In this document: positions 27,103-37,514 of the stretch, piece after piece
Position numbering within the stretch: position 1 is the stretch's first letter
Layout: every line of letters begins with the position of its first letter
Source of the DNA: an uncultured Pseudomonadales bacterium
GTDB taxonomy: Bacteria > Patescibacteriota > Microgenomatia > UBA1400 > PJMF01
Reading direction: 5' to 3'
NCBI GenBank assembly: GCA_964653045.1
Contig: CAZZBW010000002.1
Location: 298 to 64,297 of the forward strand
Length of the DNA stretch: 64,000 nucleotides
Made by a program: the position numbers and the translations under genes
Notes under the pieces: model-generated
Seen by the model: only the letters and a program-made list of their open reading frames with translations
Database searches by the model: none
What the model was told of the DNA's origin: nothing

Positions 27103-27924
27103 TTACTTTTTTGACTTAAATAATCTATCGTATTCACTTACTTTAGCGGTGTAATCTCCCCAATTTTCCGGGGTTAATTCTGACAAACTTACTATCATTG
27201 GTACTTCAGACACGGGACAAGGAATTTGCTGAGCAATTTCACTTGCTCTAGTATATGGAATTGGTTTACCCAAATGGATTTTAAGATGAAAAAATTTAGA
27301 TTTATTCGGTTCAGTTTGCCCTGGCGGCCAAAACTGATACGCCCCAACAAGACATATCGGAATGAAGTATAAATTGCTTGAATATTCTTCACAAATCGCA
27401 TCAATTGCATCTGTTACTAATGCGGGTGCCTCACTCGCACCAACTTCGCGGGATCTAGTTCCTTGTGGAAACACACCTAGGATTGCGCCTTGTTTAAAAG
27501 CACGCATAATAGGAAGCCAAGCAAATGGGTTTTGCTTACGATCAACTTCTGAACCATCTTGAACTTGAATTACTGGACGTAGATCCAAATTTAATAGTTT
27601 TAGAGCAATTGCAGCATCTCCCAACTGACCCATCCGACCATCAAAAAATTTCCCAGAAATTGGACCAACCAGTGTAGTATTCAGTTTTTTTGCCAACCTA
27701 TAAAACAAGGCAATATCGGCCACACTCCAGTGAGGAGGTAAAATTACTAACTTGCTACCTGATTCTTGCAGTTCCTTGATTTCTTTCCAATGCTCTTTTC
27801 CCCTGATCGGAATTAAGTCAAAAACTGTCGCTAAAGTTTTGGCAATCGTTTCTGGAGTGGGGTGAGTCAAACCCTCCGATACAGAGTTGAACTTTGTGTG
27901 CAAAACTTCAGAAATTCTGCTCAT
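27103..27924 (-). CDS. lysophospholipid/glycerol-3-phosphate acyltransferase family protein (PlsC-like)
   Basis: HWSVAD (Hx4D) acyltransferase motif; about 273 aa. Confidence 0.55.
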   Translation of the reverse strand: MSRISEVLHTKFNSVSEGLTHPTPETIAKTLATVFDLIPIRGKEHWKEIKELQESGSKLVILPPHWSVADIALFYRLAKKLNTTLVGPISGKFFDGRMGQLGDAAIALKLLNLDLRPVIQVQDGSEVDRKQNPFAWLPIMRAFKQGAILGVFPQGTRSREVGASEAPALVTDAIDAICEEYSSNLYFIPICLVGAYQFWPPGQTEPNKSKFFHLKIHLGKPIPYTRASEIAQQIPCPVSEVPMIVSLSELTPENWGDYTAKVSEYDRLFKSKK

Positions 27925-27935
27925 GTTTTCCTTAT

Positions 27936-28943
27936 TTAAAAATAAGAGGTGTATAAGCGTCTTATCAAACCAATAATTGTGCCAATCATCACAACTGCAT
28001 CAGCAACTAACTGTAAGATCGGTAAAAAAGGCCAGCCTAGTGGCGCGTAACGATAGTTCTTGGCTATTGACCAAAGCAAGTAAATAATTGCAAGAACAAT
28101 TAAGACTAATAAATAAGAGAAGTTATTAGTGAATAAAAAAATCAAGAATAAGGTAAGGGCGAAGAGATAGCGGCCGAAAATCAGCAAGACTTTCGGCCGC
28201 CACAGTCCCGCATACGCGTCGCCGCGGGCGAAGCGGTAAATGGTGCGAATAAACTCAGACCAAGAGCGATGAGGAATCCAACCAATGCGCGCCCGCGGGG
28301 TAAATACAATTTTTTCTTTCAAGTTGGCGCGCAACATCTTGCGCGCCAACGCATAATCTTCATTATCACTCAAGCTCTGATCAAATCCACCAAGCTTGGT
28401 TAAAACAGATTTTTTAATTAGCATTGACCTGGTGGTTGGCAACATAAATCCAGCTTTAATTACCCGCGGCATCGCCAGTGCATAACAGCTAAACGCTTGC
28501 TCTAACCCGGTTTTTGTCAGTGGGTAAAAATAACCACTGACAATCTCAGTTCGATTGTCATGCTGAGCGCAGTCGAAGCATAGACCCCCATCTACAGCTT
28601 TAACTAATTCTTCCAACCAGTCTTGATCGGGCACACATCCAGCGTCAGTAATCGCTATCCACGGAGATTTGGCTAACTGAACTGCCCGATTGCGCCCCAC
28701 ACTCCGGTTGCCGCGTTTTTGCTCAACAACTAAAGAAATTTTTTTGCTTTTTCGTGCTAATTGTTGCAGCTTATCCCATGTTCCATCTGTTGACCCACCG
28801 TCAACAACAATCACCTCACGCGGTAAATACGATTGGGCCGTCAGCGCTTTGATCAGCGAATCAACCGACCCAACTTCGTTCAACACCGTCACGATCACGC
28901 TGACGGCCAACTGTTTTTTCTGAATATTTTTTGTTTTTTTCAA
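27936..28943 (-). CDS. family 2 glycosyltransferase with C-terminal transmembrane region
   Basis: VSVIVTVLNE...VIVVDGGSTDGT...ITDAGC GT2 motifs followed by three to four TM helices. Confidence 0.7.
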   Translation of the reverse strand: MKKTKNIQKKQLAVSVIVTVLNEVGSVDSLIKALTAQSYLPREVIVVDGGSTDGTWDKLQQLARKSKKISLVVEQKRGNRSVGRNRAVQLAKSPWIAITDAGCVPDQDWLEELVKAVDGGLCFDCAQHDNRTEIVSGYFYPLTKTGLEQAFSCYALAMPRVIKAGFMLPTTRSMLIKKSVLTKLGGFDQSLSDNEDYALARKMLRANLKEKIVFTPRARIGWIPHRSWSEFIRTIYRFARGDAYAGLWRPKVLLIFGRYLFALTLFLIFLFTNNFSYLLVLIVLAIIYLLWSIAKNYRYAPLGWPFLPILQLVADAVVMIGTIIGLIRRLYTSYF

Positions 28944-29968
28944 TTATTTACTCCCCACAATTTCAGGTACTTGTCAGCTAACTTTTTCCAAGTTTGTTTT
29001 TTCGCCCAGTCGTACGCTTGTTTAATCATGTTATTTTTTTGAGCTTCGCTCAGTTTCTTCAATTTCTCCGCTAGCTCCCGTCCACTTTCAGCGATTACCA
29101 TCCACTTGCTGGCCGGATGCATAGTCAAGTAATCTTTTTTGATTTGGTTATTATAAACAGCCAAAACCAAGCGCTTGGATTGCATTGCCTCAAGGATTGC
29201 CAAATATCTAGACACAAAAGCGTACTCATGTGAGTTATATAATTGATCTACCCGAGTTTGCCAAAGATAAAATTTCACATCTAATTTGCGCCGCTGCACA
29301 AATTTTTTCGCTCGGTTTAGAAATGAGCCTTCTCCATAAACATCTAAGTTTATTTTTGGCTGGATACGTTGAAGCGCTTCCAAATACATCATGATCCCTG
29401 TATCTTCTTCCAGCCGTCCCAAGAAAGCGGCAGAGTTTTTTTTCGCAGTAGTTTTATCAGAAACACCTTGTTGATCGGCGGCACCATAAATGATTAGGTC
29501 TGGATTTTGGCCATACCACTTTTTGATAAACTCGCCCACAGCAATGGTTCTGTATGAAAGTTTCTCCACCAGCCGTCGGTGCCACACTGCTTGCCAACGA
29601 GGCAAACCAGGACCCTCATAACCATGGAAAGTGGTAAAAACTTTTTTGTTAAAATAAAAAATTCTCTGCGGTAAGTACCACCAAAACACATCGTGAATAT
29701 GGACAATATCTGCGTCGACAAACAGTTGCCGGTGTTGCCAAATCCACTGCCAAGTTTGAAGCTTGTGGTTAAAGTGCTGGAAAGGTAAACGAAACACATT
29801 GACACCGGCAATAATCTCATTGGATTTCAGTCCGGGCTGATTTGAAGTGGTTAAAACAGTGATGCTAAAGCCACGGTGAATTAATTCTTGGGCTAGCTGG
29901 GCGGTGTGCTTCTCCACACCGCCCACCGCCGGCGCATATCTTGGTACCAAAAACAATATTTTTTTCAT
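28940..29968 (-). CDS. family 4 (GT-B) glycosyltransferase
   Basis: N-terminal KILFLVPRYAPAVGGVEKH signature; GT-B fold length. Confidence 0.7.
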   Translation of the reverse strand: MKKILFLVPRYAPAVGGVEKHTAQLAQELIHRGFSITVLTTSNQPGLKSNEIIAGVNVFRLPFQHFNHKLQTWQWIWQHRQLFVDADIVHIHDVFWWYLPQRIFYFNKKVFTTFHGYEGPGLPRWQAVWHRRLVEKLSYRTIAVGEFIKKWYGQNPDLIIYGAADQQGVSDKTTAKKNSAAFLGRLEEDTGIMMYLEALQRIQPKINLDVYGEGSFLNRAKKFVQRRKLDVKFYLWQTRVDQLYNSHEYAFVSRYLAILEAMQSKRLVLAVYNNQIKKDYLTMHPASKWMVIAESGRELAEKLKKLSEAQKNNMIKQAYDWAKKQTWKKLADKYLKLWGVNN

Positions 29969-30708
29969 TTTTTTTGCGCCAGAATAATAATGTTGGAATA
30001 ACCAAAAATCTTGCCCAATAATTCGTCAGCAACACAGACCAACTTCGAAAATCTCGGACGAATAAACTTCAAAAAAACTTTTAATCTCGACAAAAACATT
30101 ACAGATCTGAGCGGACCGTCAACAATTTTGTAATTCGATATCATTAATTTGTTGTCCTCAATTAACCTCGTAATTGAGCCGACTGAGTACCGCCGCAGAT
30201 GTCCCACTTCTTGATCAAATTTGTCAAAAAATCCGAGTTTGTAAAACACCGATGAGTTGAGCGGAGTCGACAGTATTAAATAACCATGCTTATTTAATCT
30301 AGCTGAAATATCTCGAATGAATGCAGCGTCATCGGCAATGTGTTCAATCACTTCTGAGCAAACAATCAGATCAAACTTACCTTTGATATCCCTAATACTT
30401 CCAGTTAAAAACTTGACGTTAATAATTTTTAAATTTTTGGCGTTTGCCTTTGCTAACCGAATGGCTTTGGGAGAAATATCAACCCCCACGACGATTGAGC
30501 ACTGTTGAGAAAGATACAGAGCAATATTGCCAATTCCACAACCAACATCGAGTGCCTTGGTATTTTTTGCTCCCCAAATTAAAGGTAAATGTAAGAATCC
30601 CAGAATATAACGATAGGTAAAGTCGCGAGGATCAATCAACTTTTTGATCAAACCACTTTTGTGATGAAAACCATTGTAAAAGCTAGTAATTGAGAAAGGT
30701 TTACTCAT
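29965..30708 (-). CDS. class I SAM-dependent methyltransferase
   Basis: LDVGCGIGNIALYL motif I plus IVCSEVIEH; start moved to the internal ATG at 30708 (MSKPFS), which abuts the divergent ATG at 30707. Confidence 0.7.
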   Translation of the reverse strand: MSKPFSITSFYNGFHHKSGLIKKLIDPRDFTYRYILGFLHLPLIWGAKNTKALDVGCGIGNIALYLSQQCSIVVGVDISPKAIRLAKANAKNLKIINVKFLTGSIRDIKGKFDLIVCSEVIEHIADDAAFIRDISARLNKHGYLILSTPLNSSVFYKLGFFDKFDQEVGHLRRYSVGSITRLIEDNKLMISNYKIVDGPLRSVMFLSRLKVFLKFIRPRFSKLVCVADELLGKIFGYSNIIILAQKK

Positions 30709-32473
30709 GATGAAAAATACAATTTGCCTGGTTATTCTAACACTGATGTTCTTGATCTTTCCGCCGCAAACTTTTGCTAAAAAAGTCGTGTTCGAAGATG
30801 ATTTTTCGTCTGAACTAAACAAGTGGGAATTAACGCGTGGCGGTTATTCAATCTGGAGCGTTGCAGATGGCAAGCTTCACGCCAAAGTCCTAACTTCGTT
30901 TACTATTTCCGAACTCGTTCCCACCAATCAGTACTGGGATGATAGCTGGCGAAACATTGAGTACCAATTAGAGTACACGCCAATTGCTGGTGTCGACAAA
31001 AATATTTCGTTTGGCTACAAAAATATTGATAAGTGGTACGAGATTCACTTTGTTTCCTCATTCTTTGAAGTGGTCAAGGTTGAAAATGGAGCACTCGTTT
31101 GGTCTAAAAAAAGTGATTATTCGCTGAGTAATAACAAGACGTATACATTTAATATAATTTTTCAGCATGGCAATATCGAAATAAATGTAGATAACACCCA
31201 AATCTTCAAAGATTTTGACCCGAATTTCACCGAGAACGATTACGGCAAAATCGGTTTAAAAGTTGGGACTGGGGCAGTCTACTCGACTCAAGTCATCTTC
31301 GATAATGTGGTGGTGTACGACTTAGATCAATCCCCAGACTCAGAGCTCATGCCCCACTTTATGCAAACTGATGAATCTTGGGGCGATAGCGAATATGACT
31401 CAGCCACAAAATGGTCGGATCAACCAACCATCGCGCGCTGGGGCTGCGCCTTGAGCTCAATGGCCATGATTCTCCGTAATTATCAGATCAATACGTTACC
31501 CAGCGGAGAAACAATTGATCCAAAAACACTGAACGAGTGGCTCAAATCACAGCCTGATGGATACTGGGGCAACGGCTTGCTCAATTGGTTGGCGGTCACC
31601 AGACTCACCAAACAATTAAGCACTCCAGAAGGAACGCCGGCGCTCGAATACACCAAAGAAACTGGCGAAAATTTGATAGATACCGCCCTGACCAGCGTTG
31701 AGGACAAAAAACCGGTGATTTTAGAAATCCCGGGGCATTTTTTGGTTGGCGATGGAATGACTGATGATAGGCTGGATCTTAAGATCAAAGATCCAGCCTA
31801 CTCTTTCAGTAACTTCAGCCAACACCAACAACCGCTCAAATCAGTCAGATTGTTTCATCCCAGCCACACCGATCTCTCTCACATTGCCATCGGCATTCCA
31901 CCCCAGCTCACTGGACAACTGGTAACACCATCTGGGAAAATAATTCAATTTGATCAGATTGAGTACCTAAATAATTATCTGGGTAGTAATCTCCTCCCCG
32001 ATCAAAGCACCAGTGGCTTAAAAATCGTGGAGTTACCTAAGCCAGAACTCGGTGAGTATCAACTTTGGTTGAGCCAAGAAAAATTTGGTCAATTCCAAGC
32101 CACAATTTTTACCTATGACTTAGATGGAAACGTGAGTGATCTCTCGGTTTTTGGCTTCACCGGCCAAAAACCGACGCTGTACCAACTCGATTATTCACAC
32201 TCAGGTGAGGACAGGGTTACTAAAATCAGCAGTTACTTTCAATTTAAAGAGCTGGTGCGGGAGCTAGCTCAACTCAAAGAGATTAGCAACCCGGTTATGG
32301 AAATTTGGTTACAATTTTTTGCCGATACTAATCAAGAGTGCGCCTCACCCAACCCAGCCGGATGCATCAGGTTGTTGAGACAGGCAATTAAGTCAATCGA
32401 AAAAAATATGAGTCAGACAGCCAGAAAAGCTCTGGAAGAAGAATTACGCGTCATCGAAAAAGCTGCTAAATAA
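30707..32473 (+). CDS. secreted protein with peptidase C39-like (papain-fold) domain
   Basis: Signal peptide; WGCALSSMAMIL (Cys) and downstream GHFLVGDG (His) resemble the Peptidase_C39_2 catalytic dyad; N-terminal beta-sandwich-like region. Confidence 0.45.
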   Translation: MMKNTICLVILTLMFLIFPPQTFAKKVVFEDDFSSELNKWELTRGGYSIWSVADGKLHAKVLTSFTISELVPTNQYWDDSWRNIEYQLEYTPIAGVDKNISFGYKNIDKWYEIHFVSSFFEVVKVENGALVWSKKSDYSLSNNKTYTFNIIFQHGNIEINVDNTQIFKDFDPNFTENDYGKIGLKVGTGAVYSTQVIFDNVVVYDLDQSPDSELMPHFMQTDESWGDSEYDSATKWSDQPTIARWGCALSSMAMILRNYQINTLPSGETIDPKTLNEWLKSQPDGYWGNGLLNWLAVTRLTKQLSTPEGTPALEYTKETGENLIDTALTSVEDKKPVILEIPGHFLVGDGMTDDRLDLKIKDPAYSFSNFSQHQQPLKSVRLFHPSHTDLSHIAIGIPPQLTGQLVTPSGKIIQFDQIEYLNNYLGSNLLPDQSTSGLKIVELPKPELGEYQLWLSQEKFGQFQATIFTYDLDGNVSDLSVFGFTGQKPTLYQLDYSHSGEDRVTKISSYFQFKELVRELAQLKEISNPVMEIWLQFFADTNQECASPNPAGCIRLLRQAIKSIEKNMSQTARKALEEELRVIEKAAK

Positions 32474-32529
32474 GTAATAGATTGGTTCGGGGGGAGATAA
32501 TCAGGCTATAATACTCCCCCCGAGCCGAT

Positions 32530-33618
32530 ATGCAGCAATCATCTTTTTGGCACCAACTAAACAAACCAATTGTGGGACTCTCACCCATGGACGGAGTTAC
32601 AGATCACCCTTTTCGTGTGATTACCAAAAAATATGGAGATCCAGATGTAATTTTTACCGAGTTTGTCAGTGTTGAAGGACTTTGTCACTCAGCTGCGGTA
32701 ATGCTTGACCACTTCATTTACGATGAATCTCAACGCCCAGTTGTTGCCCAAATTTTTGGGAAAACTCCAGAATTTTTCCGCCAAGCAGCTATTTTGGTCA
32801 GCCAACTGGGATTTGATGGCATCGATATCAACATGGGTTGCCCTGCTCGGACAGTCACCAATCACGGCTCTGGTGCGGGCCTGATCCAAACCCCCGAGCT
32901 GGCTCAACAAATTGTTCGAGCAGTACAAAAGGGCGTTCAAGACTATCAAAGTGGACAAACGGTGGCAGACTGTCCCGATTTTTCTCCAGAAATTAGATCA
33001 ATTGTCGAGCTGAGAAACAAACGACTGCCACAACAGTATTATAATTGTCAGAGAAATGTTCCGGTTTCCATCAAGACTCGCCTCGGTTACTCAGACTCAA
33101 TCATTACTGAGTGGCTGGAAGTGCTACTCCAAACTAATCCTGAATTAATAACTGTGCACGGGCGCACGCTCAAACAAGGATATGGCGGACAAGCCAACTG
33201 GGAAGACATTGGTCAAGCAGCAAACATCGCCAAAAAATATGCTACAGCTTCTGGTAAAAAGCGAACGCTGATTTTCGGTAATGGTGATGTGCAATCGCGA
33301 GCGCAAGCAGAAATATTAGCTAACAAACACAATCTTGATGGCGTGTTAATCGGTCGGGCGAGTTTTGGCAACCCATTAGTATTTCAAGCTAATGCAGAAA
33401 AGGATCAGCCAAAACTCGCCCGAATCGCACTAAAACACGCTCAAGTTTTTGAAAAAACTTTTGCTCATCGCTCAAATTTCAATTTTCTACCCATGCGCAA
33501 ACACCTCGGCTGGTACATTAGGTCATTACCCAAAGCCAAAGAAATCCGACTGGAGTTGGTCAAAACTAACTCTGCCGCAGAAGTCGAAAAAGTTTTGACC
33601 CAGTATCAGTTGATCTAA
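32530..33618 (+). CDS. dus: tRNA-dihydrouridine synthase
   Basis: LSPMDGVTDHPFR N-terminus; TIM-barrel Dus signatures (GFDGIDINMGCP, TVHGRT). Confidence 0.85.
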   Translation: MQQSSFWHQLNKPIVGLSPMDGVTDHPFRVITKKYGDPDVIFTEFVSVEGLCHSAAVMLDHFIYDESQRPVVAQIFGKTPEFFRQAAILVSQLGFDGIDINMGCPARTVTNHGSGAGLIQTPELAQQIVRAVQKGVQDYQSGQTVADCPDFSPEIRSIVELRNKRLPQQYYNCQRNVPVSIKTRLGYSDSIITEWLEVLLQTNPELITVHGRTLKQGYGGQANWEDIGQAANIAKKYATASGKKRTLIFGNGDVQSRAQAEILANKHNLDGVLIGRASFGNPLVFQANAEKDQPKLARIALKHAQVFEKTFAHRSNFNFLPMRKHLGWYIRSLPKAKEIRLELVKTNSAAEVEKVLTQYQLI

Positions 33619-33640
33619 TGTTATAATCTTGAGGTTACAT

Positions 33641-33717
33641 GGTCGCATAGCTCAGTTGGTTAGAGCGCACGATTCACATTCGTGAGGTCCCAGGTTCGAG
33701 TCCTGGTGCGACCACCA
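33641..33717 (+). tRNA. tRNA-Val (anticodon CAC), CCA encoded
   Basis: GGTCGCA/TGCGACC acceptor, D arm GCTC-AGTTGGTTA-GAGC, anticodon loop TTCACAT, T arm CCAGG-TTCGAGT-CCTGG. Confidence 0.85.
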
Positions 33718-33759
33718 TTTACTACGCTTCGATTAAGATTATCCATTTAGACTTCTTCA

Positions 33760-34419
33760 GTGATAACAAAAGTACTCAGTTGTGCGTGGTCGTGGATTCT
33801 GGATTTTATTTTTCCTCAGTTCTGTGTCAACTGTGGTAAGTTTGGACAATTACTCTGCCCCAGTTGCTTTGCTCAACTAGAGTTTCATACTGCTCCAATT
33901 CGGTTAGTTTTACCAGAACGACACTTAGACAGCGTTTGGGCGTGTTGTGTGTATAAAGGTGCAATCAAAAAGTTGATCAAAGCGCTCAAGTACCAAAGTA
34001 TCAAAGATGCTGGAGCAGTGTGCGGCCAGCTGCTGTACTACTGCAGCTGGCCGCCCCAAGATATCGATTGCCTGACCGCTGTCCCTATTCATCCCAAACG
34101 TCGTCAAGAAAGAGGCTTCAATCAAGCCGAGTTGATTGCTCAGACTCTGGCCCAACTGATGAGCAAACCTTACGTACCATTGCTGCTAAGACTGCACCAC
34201 ACCCCCCAACTAGCCAAACTCAAGCATCGTCAGGATCGACTTAAGCAATTAGAAAATCAGATTGGAATTAATCCAATTTTTAACCACAAAGCTCCGCCTA
34301 AGGTATTAATCATCGATGACGTTGTTACCAGTGGCGCTACTCTAAACGAGTGCGCCAACGTTTTGAAACAGCACGGTTACACCAAAGTTAACGCTCTGTG
34401 TGTCGCTCACGGCATGTAA
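33760..34419 (+). CDS. comFC: ComF-family competence protein / phosphoribosyltransferase (ComFC-like)
   Basis: N-terminal double zinc-ribbon CVNCG...CPSCF, C-terminal PRTase motif LIIDDVVTSGATL. Confidence 0.75.
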   Translation: MITKVLSCAWSWILDFIFPQFCVNCGKFGQLLCPSCFAQLEFHTAPIRLVLPERHLDSVWACCVYKGAIKKLIKALKYQSIKDAGAVCGQLLYYCSWPPQDIDCLTAVPIHPKRRQERGFNQAELIAQTLAQLMSKPYVPLLLRLHHTPQLAKLKHRQDRLKQLENQIGINPIFNHKAPPKVLIIDDVVTSGATLNECANVLKQHGYTKVNALCVAHGM

Positions 34420-34439
34420 ATTCATGCTAATATTACCCT

Positions 34440-36062
34440 GTGTTGAAAACCAAGTTGCTAGTGCTTTTAGCTCTCACTTTCTTGATTTATTTACCCTCGT
34501 TTGGCAATCATTTTATCTGGGACGATGAGCAATTTATCTATAAAAATACCTCAGTTCTCAACTTTGATTTACCAGCAATTTTTACCGAGAGCACTACTGC
34601 CGGCGCCGGCATCGCTAGTAATTACTACCGCCCATTGACCAGCCTGTCGTTCGCAATTGATCACGCGCTGTGGGGACTCAAGCCCTTTGGCTTTCACTTG
34701 ACCAATACCCTGCTCCACGCCGGCGCCGGCATACTTTTGTACTTGCTTTTAACCCAAATCGGGATTGGTAACAGAAGTAACTTTATCTGGAAAGATCCAG
34801 CGTTTTGGCTGAGCTTGATTTTTCTCGTTCACCCCATTCAAACCGAAGCGGTGGTGTATATCAACTCCCGTGGTGATTCGCTGTCCGCTTTACTTGCCCT
34901 AACCAGCTTGTTGATGTTTGCCCGCGTGATACGCAAAACACCCGAGCAGCAATCAAGCCTGTTTCCCAGCCAAGTCTGGCCAGTTTATATTTGTGGCATT
35001 TTTCTGCTGGCAATCTTGGCCAAAGAGATTGCCATCAGTGCCGTAGCATTAATGTTTCTGATTTATTGGCAACAAATTGTTTTAGAAAAGAATCGGAAAA
35101 ACCATCAGCTAAATCATCGCTTGGCCAGAATTACACTGGTGGCGGCGAGCGCGCTCGCCGCCACTTACTTCTTCCTCCGCCTGACTGTTTTCAACTTTCA
35201 AAATACCGTTAACTTTTATACCGAAGCCACCGAGTACTCCCAAAGCCTCGCGGTCAGAATGCTGACTTTCAGTAAGGCAATCTGGATCTACTGGAAGCTA
35301 CTTTTTGTCCCCTACCCACTTCATATGGAACGCGATCTAGAAATTGTCAACACTCTCGCCTCAATTTGGCCGTGGTTAACTCTCGGCGCAATTCTGATCC
35401 TATTCGCTGCTGGAACATGGGAAAAAATCAAACACTCCACCACCTGGATTTGGTTTGGCGGCGCCTGGTTTATGATCACTATTTCACCCGTATCAGGCAT
35501 TATCCCGATCAATGGCATGATTTACGAACACTGGTTGTACTTTCCAATGGTCGGTTTTTTCATCATATTTTGGAAAATAATAACGCTGACATTGACAAAA
35601 TTTGCTTTATCGAACAAATACACTTCATTAACAAAAATAGTATTAATTACTGTGATCGTTACCTTAAGCTCGTTGACCATCCGCCAAAACTGGTTGTGGC
35701 GGAACCCAATTTCTTTTTATAATTACCTACTTCGCTACACCGACTCTGCCCGCATCAGAAATAATCTCGGCATTGCTTATGCCGATAGCGGACAGATTGA
35801 CCTAGCAATCGAACAGTATACTTACGCCCTTGAGTTTAATAATAGCTATCCGCAGATTTATCATAATCTAGGCAATCTTCATCAAAGTAAGGGAGAGATA
35901 GAAAAAGCACTGGAATACTACCAACTTGCGTTGGAAAGAGACCCTCAATTCATTCCCACATTAATTAATTTGACTAAACTATACCAGCAACTGGGTAAAA
36001 CCGATGAGGCGGCGGCCACAGCCGCCGCACTTGAGAAATTAACTGGTTTAAGCTATAATTAA
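34440..36062 (+). CDS. polytopic membrane protein with C-terminal TPR repeats (TMTC/PMT-like glycosyltransferase-39-type fold)
   Basis: Conserved N-terminal FIWDDEQF motif, about ten TM helices, three to four C-terminal TPR repeats. Confidence 0.5.
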   Translation: MLKTKLLVLLALTFLIYLPSFGNHFIWDDEQFIYKNTSVLNFDLPAIFTESTTAGAGIASNYYRPLTSLSFAIDHALWGLKPFGFHLTNTLLHAGAGILLYLLLTQIGIGNRSNFIWKDPAFWLSLIFLVHPIQTEAVVYINSRGDSLSALLALTSLLMFARVIRKTPEQQSSLFPSQVWPVYICGIFLLAILAKEIAISAVALMFLIYWQQIVLEKNRKNHQLNHRLARITLVAASALAATYFFLRLTVFNFQNTVNFYTEATEYSQSLAVRMLTFSKAIWIYWKLLFVPYPLHMERDLEIVNTLASIWPWLTLGAILILFAAGTWEKIKHSTTWIWFGGAWFMITISPVSGIIPINGMIYEHWLYFPMVGFFIIFWKIITLTLTKFALSNKYTSLTKIVLITVIVTLSSLTIRQNWLWRNPISFYNYLLRYTDSARIRNNLGIAYADSGQIDLAIEQYTYALEFNNSYPQIYHNLGNLHQSKGEIEKALEYYQLALERDPQFIPTLINLTKLYQQLGKTDEAAATAAALEKLTGLSYN

Positions 36063-36494
36063 CCTTACCCTTTGGGGATGTAACGCTTTGACGTGACAAG
36101 CTCTTTAACAGTCGCAAGTCGTCTTTAGTCAAAAGACGTAAAAAAGGACTAAAAACATAACTGCAGATACAATCAGCAGCAAAGCTCGCAACTTCGTAAC
36201 TGAAGTTGCCGAAGGTGTCGACTCTTTTGTCGATTCATTCAGAGCTCCACAAATGCTTTACGCATAAGTGGCATTCATCCGAGGCGTTTCACTGGCGCGC
36301 GCGGGTGGGTGACAAATCAGTCAGTGTGACAATCTGATCGTCTGTGCCGATCAGAAATAAGCAAATTGTACAGAGGGAGTGTGCTCCGGTTTGTTCATCC
36401 ACCCGCTTACTCCGCCAACTCAAAGATGAACTACACTTGTAGAAGCTGTTTTTGACTATTCACAGACACGGGCTCATTACCCGTCATCTCCACC
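36063..36494. other. GC-enriched structured non-coding region between convergent genes (candidate ncRNA or decayed gene)
   Basis: No ORF of 60 aa or more; local GC is clearly above its flanks; several hairpins (acgtctt..aagacgt) and a long-range pairing (gcgggtgggtga / tcatccacccgc about 90 nt apart). Confidence 0.25.
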
Positions 36495-37514
36495 TTACAA
36501 ATGTTTTTGGTTTATTGTTAGATAATACGCATCGATATCGCTTTTGATCTGTTTTGCTAACGCTTCTGCGAACTTAACAGGAACAGCATTACCAACCATT
36601 TTATAACCAGTAGCTAAATCATCATATATAAAACGAAAATCGTCGGGAAAAGTCTGGATTCTGGCGCACTCTCTTACAGTTAACCTTCTGTATAAGTGCT
36701 CTTTACCAGGAGCAAATATTCTTTTGTCATAATCAACAAATTTCATCTTTGGTGCCTGAGGATGAATTGGAGCATGCCTGCCACCAGCCTGAATTGTAAA
36801 CGATTGTTCATCCCAATTTCTGACTCTATTTCGCGACATATAAATTGTTGAAAAACCTCCATTCATGTACTCATGATTTGGCGTTGACAGATCTGATCCA
36901 TTTGTTTTGTTAAAATCTCTTGCTTTGACTGCAGTATCTTTTAGATCCCAAATCGTATCTCTTAGAGTTAGTTCGTTACTCGACACTTTTGGAAAAACAA
37001 ACTTTTTATTCATTTTTTTATGATAACCTACAAAAATTACTCTTTTTCTATCTTGCGGAACATTATAATTTTTTGCGTTTAATAACTGATAATCAAAACT
37101 ATAACCAAGTTTATTAAATTCTTCTATTAAATTTGAAAGCGCCTGTTGATGTCTAGTTGACAACATTCCTGAGACATTTTCTGCCAAAAAGAAAAGCGGT
37201 TGCTTGTCTCTAATTACTCTAATATGCTCAAAAAAAACTTTGCCTCTTTTGTCTCCCAAACCTCTACCGGCACCAGCCTCACTCCAACTTTGACATGGAG
37301 GACCACCAATTACTCCGATAGCTTTGGGAATCTCTTCAGAAGGAACATCGGTAACACTACGCTCGTCAACCACTGTATTTGGAAAGTTTTCTCTTAACGT
37401 AGGCGTAATAGTCGTATCAAATTCGTTTGCCCAAATTATCTTAAATCCGGCATTCTCAAAACCAAGGTCTAACCCGCCAGCACCTGTAAAAAGTGAAACA
37501 ATGTTATATTTCAT
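36495..37514 (-). CDS. DNA (cytosine-5)-methyltransferase, type II R-M
   Basis: FTGAGGLDLGF (motif I), GGPPCQSWS (PC motif IV), ENV (motif VI). Confidence 0.85.
   Translation of the reverse strand: MKYNIVSLFTGAGGLDLGFENAGFKIIWANEFDTTITPTLRENFPNTVVDERSVTDVPSEEIPKAIGVIGGPPCQSWSEAGAGRGLGDKRGKVFFEHIRVIRDKQPLFFLAENVSGMLSTRHQQALSNLIEEFNKLGYSFDYQLLNAKNYNVPQDRKRVIFVGYHKKMNKKFVFPKVSSNELTLRDTIWDLKDTAVKARDFNKTNGSDLSTPNHEYMNGGFSTIYMSRNRVRNWDEQSFTIQAGGRHAPIHPQAPKMKFVDYDKRIFAPGKEHLYRRLTVRECARIQTFPDDFRFIYDDLATGYKMVGNAVPVKFAEALAKQIKSDIDAYYLTINQKHL

Noticed and set aside
36063-36494. tmRNA, RNase P RNA or SRP RNA in the GC-rich non-coding patch
   Set aside because: No T-arm-like GGTTCGAATCC / acceptor pairing for a tmRNA tRNA-like domain, no RNase P CR-I/CR-V (AGGAAAGTCC / GGTGAAA..GGTAAGAGCGCACC) blocks and no SRP domain IV motif were found by eye. 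It is kept only as an unassigned structured region.
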